Below are positions 17,898-25,167 of a stretch of DNA of 32,000 bases, piece by piece. How positions within the stretch are numbered: the stretch's first letter is position 1; each line of letters begins with the position of its first letter. Below the pieces are notes generated by a model, which was not told the DNA's origin, did not search any database, and worked only from the letters and a program-made list of their open reading frames with translations. The stretch is taken from assembly GCA_051744965.1 (NCBI GenBank), contig JBNJDO010000003.1:27326-59325 (forward strand), in the 5' to 3' direction. The DNA comes from Thermodesulfobacteriota bacterium (GTDB taxonomy: Bacteria > Desulfobacterota > Desulfovibrionia > Desulfovibrionales > Desulfothermaceae). A program made the position numbers and the translations under genes.

Positions 17898-18033
17898 GAA
17901 CCACAAAGGCACTAAGGACACGAAGGGAAGAACGAAGAAGAATGATTTTTCTTCTGCTGGGTCAGACAGCAGAAGAAAAGGCTTCCACGCCATGAAGTAT
18001 AGCTGATTTGTGCCCTTTGTGCCTTCGTGGTTC
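17898..18033. repeat. Nested palindromic element (24-bp imperfect terminal inverted repeats around a 13-bp perfect hairpin)
   Basis: The left arm GAACCACAAAGGCACTAAGGACAC (17898-17921) matches the reverse complement of 18010-18033 at 21 of 24 positions. The arms are built from 9-nt CACnAAGGn units. The central hairpin is TTTTCTTCTGCTG (17947-17959) paired with CAGCAGAAGAAAA (17967-17979). Confidence 0.7.
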
Positions 18034-18171
18034 AAATCTTTAACTTGGGTTGCGGGCACAGTCCGCTTTAGGAAGCTCTAAACGTATTTATTCACCATCT
18101 ACTATGCCCGAACAAACATATACACCATGAGCCTGTGAATAGTCACCTCTAAACATAAATAAGGAGAGAAT

Positions 18172-18969
18172 ATGTCTACAAAGCAGATCCAGGAAGCGGC
18201 AGAGCTCATCTACCAGGAGCTCAGACTGGACACCCTGCCGGTGGCCTTCAAGATCCAGGAAGAGGCAGCGCAGGAGCCGGAAAAGACCCGCAGGCCAGCT
18301 CGAGATCTGGGCAAGCGGATCACTATCTGCCAGGCAGTGGGCATGGCCCGCACCTATGGCTGGACCCTGGGCCTGGAAGCCAGGGATATTGCCTGCGTGC
18401 CTGCCCTGATCTGCTTTGGCCACAGCAGCCTGGAGCAGCCCAGGCAGGTTTTGGCGGAGTTCTTTAGCCAGGTGGGCTGGTCCCGGGACTTGCAGACAGC
18501 CTCCAGGGAGATGGAAAACATAAACTGTTTGCCCAGGGGCAGGGCTGGAATGATCTTGCTTGCCCCGCTCAAGAAGGCCCTGTTCCACCCGGATGTGGTG
18601 GTGGTCTACGCCAACCCAGCCCAGATCATGCGCCTGGTGCACGCCTGGACCTTTACCTCAGGTAAGCCTGTACAAAGCGAAGTCAGCGGAAAAGTGGAGT
18701 GCAACAGGTATCTCCTGGGGCCTTTCCTGCACCAGGCTCCTGAAGTGGTCATCCCGGGCAACGGGGACAGGATTATGTCCAGGACCCAGGACCAGGAAAT
18801 GATCTTTGCCTTTCCAGGTTCAGCCCTTGCGGACATCAGCCAGGGACTGGAATCCGCAGGCAGAAAAATGGGGGCTCGCTATCCTGTGCCGTTTTATCAG
18901 AACTTTGAGCCGGAGTTTCCGCCAGTCTTCAGGGAGCTGGCCCAAAAGGCGGGGTTGGAGATGGATTAA
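18172..18969 (+). CDS. DUF169-domain protein (COG2043-like)
   Basis: 265 aa. The pattern LPVAFKI ... ICQAVGMAR ... VVVVYANPAQIMRLVHA ... ECNRYL matches my recollection of DUF169. AAGGAGAG RBS. Confidence 0.65.
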   Translation: MSTKQIQEAAELIYQELRLDTLPVAFKIQEEAAQEPEKTRRPARDLGKRITICQAVGMARTYGWTLGLEARDIACVPALICFGHSSLEQPRQVLAEFFSQVGWSRDLQTASREMENINCLPRGRAGMILLAPLKKALFHPDVVVVYANPAQIMRLVHAWTFTSGKPVQSEVSGKVECNRYLLGPFLHQAPEVVIPGNGDRIMSRTQDQEMIFAFPGSALADISQGLESAGRKMGARYPVPFYQNFEPEFPPVFRELAQKAGLEMD

Positions 18970-19031
18970 ACCCCCCTTTCCTGGACCTGCTGGATAGGGG
19001 AAGGAGCTGGTGCTGTGACTGCTGTCTATTA

Positions 19032-19058
19032 GGAAGGGAGTCCTTCTGATTCCCTTCC
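19032..19058. terminator. 8-bp hairpin between convergent genes
   Basis: GGAAGGGA (19032-19039) pairs with TCCCTTCC (19051-19058), followed by CTTTC. A weak terminator candidate. Confidence 0.35.
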
Positions 19059-19077
19059 CTTTCACCTGCATGTTAAC

Positions 19078-19635
19078 CTAGCCTTCTTCCTGCATGCGCT
19101 GCACCAGCTTGGGCACCATGGCCTGCATCAGCTCCTGCATCAGCTCCTGCAGTACATCCTCCACCCTTTTGGTCCCGGGCAGGATATGCTTACCCACCTT
19201 GACCCCGAAGGTCTCCCGGTACAGATCCTTGCCTTCAGGCTCTGCCCGCAGCATGATTTCCACCCTCAAAGCACCTTTGTACTCGGTGCTGGAAACCTCC
19301 TGCAGATCCACATCCAAAATCCGGCCCTCTACAGCCACCCCGGTATCAGCAGAGCCTGAGACCCTGACCTTGCAGCCTTGGGCTTCAAGCTGGTCAGCTG
19401 TGGCCTCCCTGACCCATTTCTCCACAGCAATATCCGAAAATATCTGCTCTCCCTTGCGGTTGGTGCCCAGATTGCGCTTGCCTGTTGTGTCCTGGAAAGG
19501 CAGGACTGTCACCTTATCCTCGCATTCCGGACCAAACTCCTGCTGGGGCTGGTACTGCAAAGAAACCACATTCGGACTACAGCTGCAGACCAAGGCCAGC
19601 AACAAAAAAGGCGCTATCCAAAACTTAATTTTCAT
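19078..19635 (-). CDS. Hypothetical lipoprotein (LpoB/YajG-like general architecture)
   Basis: I trimmed to Met21 (MKIKFWIAPFLLLALVCSC) because AGGAG lies 8 nt upstream. Lipobox-like LALVCSC. The VTVLPFQDTTGK motif resembles small periplasmic lipoproteins. Confidence 0.6.
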   Translation of the reverse strand: MKIKFWIAPFLLLALVCSCSPNVVSLQYQPQQEFGPECEDKVTVLPFQDTTGKRNLGTNRKGEQIFSDIAVEKWVREATADQLEAQGCKVRVSGSADTGVAVEGRILDVDLQEVSSTEYKGALRVEIMLRAEPEGKDLYRETFGVKVGKHILPGTKRVEDVLQELMQELMQAMVPKLVQRMQEEG

Positions 19636-19678
19636 GGCGACTACTCCTGGGACAAATTGTTCAGACCAAGCAAACTCT

Positions 19679-20296
19679 TTATTCTTTACCAGCAAGCATC
19701 CGGGTCAGGCCCTGCTTGTCCAGGAGCCTGAGCCTGGAGTCCCGGCCCAGTTCTTGGACCTGCTCCCTAAAACCTGGACAGGAAATCACATGCCCTTCCT
19801 GGGCGTCCCCCTTATCCAAACGCTCCAGCATGGCCTGCATCGCCTGCTCATTTACTGCCCCGGACTTGTAGTACCTATACTGCACCAACACGGTGCTCCC
19901 CTGCTTTTTGGCGATCATATCCACTTCTGCCTGGTCTTGGGGGTCAACATGGGACTCCACCTGATAGCCGTTTTTGGTGTAGAGTTCCTGTACCAGCTGG
20001 GAAAAGGCCCTTTGGGAAAGTCTGCCCAGGGAGCTGGGATCTGCTTGCCCTGAAAGCAGACGGTCCTTCATCCAGTTATTGTAGAAGGATACCGGGGCCG
20101 GAATCAGCAGGATCAGGGCGATCAACCAGGCAGTACTGGACAGAGCCCCGGCCAAGACCCCCAGCAGGGATTCTTCCGAGAAAACCCCGGGCAGTACCAG
20201 CGTAAGCAACATATAGACCGCTGCTGACAGAAGCGCGCTGACCCACCAGGGCGCTTCCACCAGCAGTTCCAGCATGTTCTTGCTGCCTTCAGCCAT
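19679..20296 (-). CDS. Membrane-anchored restriction-endonuclease-domain (Mrr_cat-like, PD-(D/E)xK) protein
   Basis: 205 aa. Two or three N-terminal TM helices are followed by a C-terminal domain matching the Mrr_cat pattern (FSQLVQELYTKNGYQVE ... VDMIAKK ... VLVQYRYY ... HVISCPGF ... RLLDKQGLTRML). Confidence 0.7.
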   Translation of the reverse strand: MAEGSKNMLELLVEAPWWVSALLSAAVYMLLTLVLPGVFSEESLLGVLAGALSSTAWLIALILLIPAPVSFYNNWMKDRLLSGQADPSSLGRLSQRAFSQLVQELYTKNGYQVESHVDPQDQAEVDMIAKKQGSTVLVQYRYYKSGAVNEQAMQAMLERLDKGDAQEGHVISCPGFREQVQELGRDSRLRLLDKQGLTRMLAGKE

Positions 20297-20298
20297 AA

Positions 20299-20832
20299 TT
20301 AGACCTTAAATCCTTTTTTACCCTCGCACCACCAGTCCTGCAGATGCATATAGCCCCGAACCAGATTCCCCAGCACAAAGCGCAGTGGCTCCCCTGGCCA
20401 CGGCAAAACATTGCGGTTTACAAAGAACATCCTGGTCAGCTCAGTGCTGCGCTCTAGAAGCAGATCCGCAAGCGTGGCTCCATTCAAATGGCTCATGGAC
20501 ACTCCATGGCCCATGCCCCCCAGGGAATACACTATGCGCTTGTCTCCTGCATAGCCCAGAGCAGGAGCCATGTCCAGGGGAATGGATATGGGACCTCCCC
20601 ACTCCTGACTGAATGCCACATCATCAAGTACCGGAAAGAACCTGTGTACGCTTCTCTTCAGGGCCTGAAATATGCCCTGGTTTTTGTCGTGCTCGGTGTT
20701 CAGGCCAAAGTAAAAGCCCAGATCCCTGCCTCCCACCACTGCCACGTCAGCCCTGCATTCCCCTTGCAGGGCAGGGTTTGGTGCATAGGGTATCGTGGTT
20801 AGCCAAAAACCCTTGCCTGCTAAATCATCCAT
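20299..20832 (-). pseudogene. FAD-dependent oxidoreductase (DAO/PuuB-like) remnant with an apparent in-frame internal deletion
   Basis: 177 aa, against roughly 430 aa expected for the family. The N-terminus ends in the first half of the dinucleotide-binding motif (ADVAVVGG). It then jumps to family-typical C-terminal motifs (FSQEWGGPI ... YSLGGMGHGVSMS). No SD sequence lies upstream of the ATG. Confidence 0.45.
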
Positions 20833-20943
20833 ATTTTATTGGCCTGTGGGCTTCCGCGGTTACTGAACCTCCATGGCAGTATTGACAGCCCGCATATAAA
20901 CTGTCAATCCAAAAGCTTAAACCGCAAACCTGCAAGCTCGCTT

Positions 20944-21669
20944 ATGCAATTCACAAAAGACTTGAACCAGAGCCTGCCCCTGCCTGCCTGGCTGCTGGCA
21001 GCCTTGCAGCAGACCCTGCCGGTAATCCTGGGCTATCTGCCTGTGGGCTTTGCCTACGGGGTCCTGGCCCAGAAAAGCGGACTCTCCGGGATGAATACAG
21101 TGCTCATGTCCCTGCTGGTCTTTGCCGGCTCTGCCCAGCTTATCGCAGTGGGCCTTTTGGCTTCCGGCGCAGGCGCGGCCACTGTCATCCTGACCACCTT
21201 TATGGTCAACCTGCGCCATCTGCTGATGTCCGCCTCCCTGGCCCCATTTTTGAAATCCTGGAGCAGGCTGCAGCAGGCCTTTTTCTCCTTCCAGCTCACA
21301 GACGAGACCTTTGCCCTGCACTCCAGCCGCTTTACCCAGGGCCATACCTCAAAGCATGAGACCCTGGCCATAAATGTCATCGCCCAAAGCGCCTGGCTGG
21401 CTGGCACCTGTCTGGGCCTGTTTGCAGGAGGACTAATCAGTGACGTCCAGCCTATAGGCCTGGACTTCGCCCTGCCTGCCATGTTCATAGTGCTCTTGGT
21501 CTGGCAGCTGCAAAGCCTGCTCAGAGTGATAACCGCTTTGGCAGCAGGAGCCTGCTCCCTGGCCCTGACCCTGCTGGGACTGGAGCAGACAAGCATCATC
21601 CTGGCCACTGTCCTGGCCGCAACCCTGGGACTTATGCTGGAGACATGGAGCAAAAACAGATCTTCCTGA
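20944..21669 (+). CDS. azlC: AzlC-family branched-chain amino acid exporter permease
   Basis: I trimmed to the ATG at 20944 (MQFTKDL). The motif LPVILGYLPVGFAYGVLAQKSGL, a polytopic membrane profile, and a following azlD support the call. Confidence 0.8.
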   Translation: MQFTKDLNQSLPLPAWLLAALQQTLPVILGYLPVGFAYGVLAQKSGLSGMNTVLMSLLVFAGSAQLIAVGLLASGAGAATVILTTFMVNLRHLLMSASLAPFLKSWSRLQQAFFSFQLTDETFALHSSRFTQGHTSKHETLAINVIAQSAWLAGTCLGLFAGGLISDVQPIGLDFALPAMFIVLLVWQLQSLLRVITALAAGACSLALTLLGLEQTSIILATVLAATLGLMLETWSKNRSS

Positions 21670-21968
21670 TCATTATAGGCATGATGCTGGTCACCTATGG
21701 ACCCAGGCTGCTGCCCATCCTGGCCTTGTCCTCCAGGCCCCTGCCCCCCAGCCTGACCAGGTGGCTGCAGCTGATCCCTGCGGCTGTTCTGGCTGCCCTG
21801 CTGGCTCCTGCGCTGTTTGCCCCGCAGGGAGAGCTGCACTTGTCCTCCCAGAACTATTTCCTCTGGGCCGCCCTGCCCACTCTTTTGGTGGCAATCAAAG
21901 GCAAAAGCTTTGTCTGGGCCATTCTAACAGGCATGGCTGTGGTGGCCCTGCTGCGCTATTTGGGCTAG
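21645..21968 (+). CDS. azlD: AzlD-family small membrane protein
   Basis: 107 aa and hydrophobic. N-terminus IFLIIIGMMLVTYGPRLLP is typical of AzlD. It overlaps the azlC 3' end by 25 nt. Confidence 0.75.
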   Translation: MEQKQIFLIIIGMMLVTYGPRLLPILALSSRPLPPSLTRWLQLIPAAVLAALLAPALFAPQGELHLSSQNYFLWAALPTLLVAIKGKSFVWAILTGMAVVALLRYLG

Positions 21969-22187
21969 CCCCCCTTCCAGCCTCCAACTTAAGAAAGTGC
22001 TGATTCGTTCTTGGCAATCAATCATAAGCTATCTGAAAACACTTTGTTTTTATTGACCATCTGCAAGACCCTGACAGCTTTAACTCCCCTGGTTTCTTTG
22101 CCTTTACTTTTTACTTTCAACTTTTTACTGTTAATTCTGCAAAGCTTAGCCTGAAACCTTGAACTTTCAAGCACTGGGGAGGAAACT

Positions 22188-22859
22188 ATGCAAGTTATGC
22201 AAGCCATCCAGGACAGGCGCAGCATCAGGGGTTTCAAGCCGGATCCAGTGCCCAAGGAAATGCTGCAGCAGATCCTGCAGGCCGCTGTCCGGGCACCCTC
22301 TGCCATGAACTCCCAGCCCTGGGAGTTTACAGTCCTGGCAGGCAGCGCCCTGCAAAAGATCCAGGACAAAAGTGCGGAAAAGTTCAGATCCGGCCAGGAT
22401 CCTGCTCCTGAGCTGGCTCCGGGCAACTGGCCCAGGGACAGTGTATACAGAAGAAGGCAGACCGATCTGGCCAAGCAGATCTTCAGCCTGCTGGGCATTG
22501 GCAGGGAGGACAAGGAAAAGCGAGTCGCCTGGGCAGAGAAAGGTATCAAGTTCTTCCAGGCCCCGGCCGCCATAATTATCTGCACTGACAGGCAGCTGCC
22601 GGAATGCGAACCCTTGCTGGACATCGGGGCAGCAGTGCAGAATATCTGTCTGGCGGCAGTGGACCAAGGCCTGGGTACCTGTATTGAAGTCCAGGGTGTG
22701 GGCTATCCAGAGGTAATCAGGGAGATCACTGGCATCGGGCAGGAAAAGCGCATCCTGCTGGGTATAGCTGCAGGCTGGCCTGACTGGGAGGACCCTGCCA
22801 ATCAGCTGCGCAGCAACAGGGAAGATCCAGATACACTCACTACCTGGATGGGATTTTAA
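22188..22859 (+). CDS. Nitroreductase-family (FMN-dependent) oxidoreductase
   Basis: 223 aa. N-terminal AIQDRRSIRGF and APSAMNSQPWEF motifs. GGGGAGG RBS. Confidence 0.85.
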   Translation: MQVMQAIQDRRSIRGFKPDPVPKEMLQQILQAAVRAPSAMNSQPWEFTVLAGSALQKIQDKSAEKFRSGQDPAPELAPGNWPRDSVYRRRQTDLAKQIFSLLGIGREDKEKRVAWAEKGIKFFQAPAAIIICTDRQLPECEPLLDIGAAVQNICLAAVDQGLGTCIEVQGVGYPEVIREITGIGQEKRILLGIAAGWPDWEDPANQLRSNREDPDTLTTWMGF

Positions 22860-22891
22860 TTAGGTAGTAATTACTTCACCCAAACAAATCC

Positions 22892-23077
22892 CTACCCAAG
22901 ACCCCGATCCTTAGGACTGTCCTCCAAAACCCTGGAAGGACAGTTCTGCTCCTGGCAGCAGCCGCAGCCCTGGGGCAGGTCCTGCCTGCCCCGCCTCTTG
23001 CCCAGCCTCCTCCAGACATACCAGGCAGCTGCCAGAACCACCAACCCGACTATAATCTTTTCCAAAACAGCATACAT
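22892..23077 (-). CDS. FeoB-associated Cys-rich small membrane protein family (orphan copy)
   Basis: 61 aa. One N-terminal TM helix (IIVGLVVLAAAWYVW), a basic stretch, then GCGCCQEQNC. GGAGG RBS 8 nt upstream. Confidence 0.5.
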   Translation of the reverse strand: MYAVLEKIIVGLVVLAAAWYVWRRLGKRRGRQDLPQGCGCCQEQNCPSRVLEDSPKDRGLG

Positions 23078-23172
23078 AGCTTAACCTCCAGAGCTTGGGG
23101 GATCCCCTTCTATAATGCCTAAATATAAGTATGCCTTAGCCTAGAAGCAATGCTGCTTTTTAACCCAACTGC

Positions 23173-25167
23173 TTAGACATGCCCAGCCTCCAGCCCGGGA
23201 GATAGCTGCTGCAGCTTGAGCATCCTGGAATACAGCCCCTGCCTATTCAAGAGCTCAGCGTGCGTGCCCTGCTCCCTGATGCGGCCCTTGTGCAGCACTA
23301 TGATCCTGTGCGCCTTGCGCACTGTACTTAATCTATGGGCCACTGTAATGGTGGTCCTGCCCTGCATGAGCCGCTCCAAGGTCGCTTGAATGTGGACCTC
23401 GGTCTCAGAGTCCACCGCAGAGGTGGCCTCGTCCAGGATGAGCAGCTCAGGGTCCCGGGCAAAGGCCCGGGCAATGGAGACCAGCTGCCTCTCCCCGGCT
23501 GACAGGGAATGCCCCTCTGCAGACAGCTCTGTGTCCAGCCCCTGTGGCAATTTCTGCAGCAGGTAATGACAGCCCGCAGCCTTCAGGGCCTGCAGCACTC
23601 CTTCCTGGTCCAGATCCGGGTTGCCCTGCAGGATATTCTGCCTCAAGCTCCCGGAAAAAATATAGGGATCCTGCAGCACCAGGGCTATCCTGGAGCGCAG
23701 GACCTTTAGGTCCCATTTCTGCAGATCCAGTCCATTGATCAGGATCCTGCCCTGGGTGGGCCAGTAATAGCCCAAAATAAGGTTAATTATCGATGTCTTG
23801 CCAGAGCCTGTCTGGCCCACCAAAGCCAGCCTCTCACCGGACTGGATCAGCATATTTATGTTTTGCAGCACTGGCTGATCAGGCTCATAAGCCAGATACA
23901 CTTCTTGAAAGCGAATATCCCTGAGGCCCTGCTTGTTCTGGAAAGAAGCAGGAGTGCTCTGCTCCTCTGCCAGCTGCTCCTGATCCATAATCAAAAAGAT
24001 ACGCTCCGCAGAGGCCAGGGCGTTCTGCAACAGGTTGTACTTCTCCGCGATGTCCCGGATGGGTCGAAAAAACATGCGCATATAGGAAATAAATGCCACC
24101 AGGGTGCCGATGCTCAGGCTCCTGCCCAGGACCTTCTGCCCTCCGTAGAGCACAATCAGGGCCACGGCCAGAAAGCCCAAGGCCTCCACCACCGGCAGAA
24201 ATACCGCCATGATCCGGATCTGGCTCAGGCCTGCCTGATAATGCTCGTGGTTGATCCTGGCAAAGCCCTGATAATTGCCCTGCTCCCGATTAAATAGCTT
24301 GATACTCTGAATGCCGCTGATAGTCTCGGAAAAAAGGGAGTTCATCTCTGCCAGCTTTATCCTGAGCTGCCTGAAGGCTGCCCTGGATTTCAGGGCAAAC
24401 AGCCAGGCCGCAGCCACCACCAAAGGCAGGACAGTAAAGCTTACCAGGGCCAGCCTCCAGTCTATGCTGAGCATCACGGCTGCGATGCCCAGGAGCATGA
24501 ACAGGTCCCGGAGCACAAAGCTGATAAAGTTGGTGAACAGCTCCTGCAGGTTCTGCACGTCATTGGCCACCCTGGTCACCAGCCTGCCCACAGGGTTCTT
24601 GTGCAGAAAGGAAAAGGACAGATTCTGGATATGGTTATAAAGCCGCAGCCGCAGATCATGCATGACCTTCTGGCCAGTATACTCCATGACCAGTTTCTGC
24701 CAGAAGCTGAAAGCAAAATTGAGCAACATCAAGAGCAGGAAAAGGCCGGTAATCCAGGCCACCCCTTTCAGGTCCGGCTCCCTTAAAAGCCGCAGCTCAG
24801 GTTTTTCCAGCTTCTTAAGAGAGGAGTAGGGGATTTGGGCCTTTCCATTTTCCTGCTGCACCAGATCCGGGTATTTGCGCAGCAAAAGCTCCCCGCCGGG
24901 ACTCTGGGGATCAAAGGTGTACAGCCTTTGCTCCTTTTGGGCCTGGCCGGCAGTGTTTTGTTCAGGCACAATATAGCGATCTATGGCCTCCTTGGTCAGA
25001 TAGGGGACCGCTATCTCCAGCAGGGTAATGCAGAGCACCAGCAACAACGAAGCCAGCACAGCCAGCCTATAGGGCTGCACAAACGGCCAGAAGCGGCGCA
25101 GGATGGAGAAATCCCTGCCTTTGCCCTGGGGCTGTTCTTCCTCGAAATAGCCGAAATCAATAGGCAT
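23173..25167 (-). CDS. ABC transporter permease/ATP-binding fusion protein (type I exporter half-transporter, MdlB-like)
   Basis: I trimmed to Met46 (MPIDFGYFEEE), which overlaps the upstream stop by 11 nt. Six-TM domain, Walker A GQTGSGKTS, signature LSAGERQ and Walker B LLILDEATSAVD. Confidence 0.85.
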   Translation of the reverse strand: MPIDFGYFEEEQPQGKGRDFSILRRFWPFVQPYRLAVLASLLLVLCITLLEIAVPYLTKEAIDRYIVPEQNTAGQAQKEQRLYTFDPQSPGGELLLRKYPDLVQQENGKAQIPYSSLKKLEKPELRLLREPDLKGVAWITGLFLLLMLLNFAFSFWQKLVMEYTGQKVMHDLRLRLYNHIQNLSFSFLHKNPVGRLVTRVANDVQNLQELFTNFISFVLRDLFMLLGIAAVMLSIDWRLALVSFTVLPLVVAAAWLFALKSRAAFRQLRIKLAEMNSLFSETISGIQSIKLFNREQGNYQGFARINHEHYQAGLSQIRIMAVFLPVVEALGFLAVALIVLYGGQKVLGRSLSIGTLVAFISYMRMFFRPIRDIAEKYNLLQNALASAERIFLIMDQEQLAEEQSTPASFQNKQGLRDIRFQEVYLAYEPDQPVLQNINMLIQSGERLALVGQTGSGKTSIINLILGYYWPTQGRILINGLDLQKWDLKVLRSRIALVLQDPYIFSGSLRQNILQGNPDLDQEGVLQALKAAGCHYLLQKLPQGLDTELSAEGHSLSAGERQLVSIARAFARDPELLILDEATSAVDSETEVHIQATLERLMQGRTTITVAHRLSTVRKAHRIIVLHKGRIREQGTHAELLNRQGLYSRMLKLQQLSPGLEAGHV

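Noticed and set aside
17859-18059. A 66-aa minus-strand ORF, and a 36-aa plus-strand ORF starting at 17896, inside the palindromic element.
   Set aside because: Both strands yield NH(K/E)GTK-type peptides only because the DNA is an inverted repeat of CACnAAGG units. There is no RBS. I treat the region as a repeat or RNA structure rather than as coding.
19094-20053. A 319-aa plus-strand ORF running antisense across the lipoprotein gene, the intergenic gap and the Mrr-domain gene.
   Set aside because: It crosses two independently supported minus-strand genes, one with a lipobox and signal peptide and one with an Mrr_cat pattern. It has no RBS and a Ser/Cys/Leu-rich composition typical of antisense translation.
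21054-21839. A 261-aa minus-strand ORF antisense to azlC/azlD. Similar cases are 22022-22624, antisense to the nitroreductase, and 1360-1971 and 4314-4907, antisense to the peptidase and UGPase genes.
   Set aside because: The sense-strand genes have clear family signatures. The antisense products are Arg/Gln/Gly-rich low-complexity sequence.
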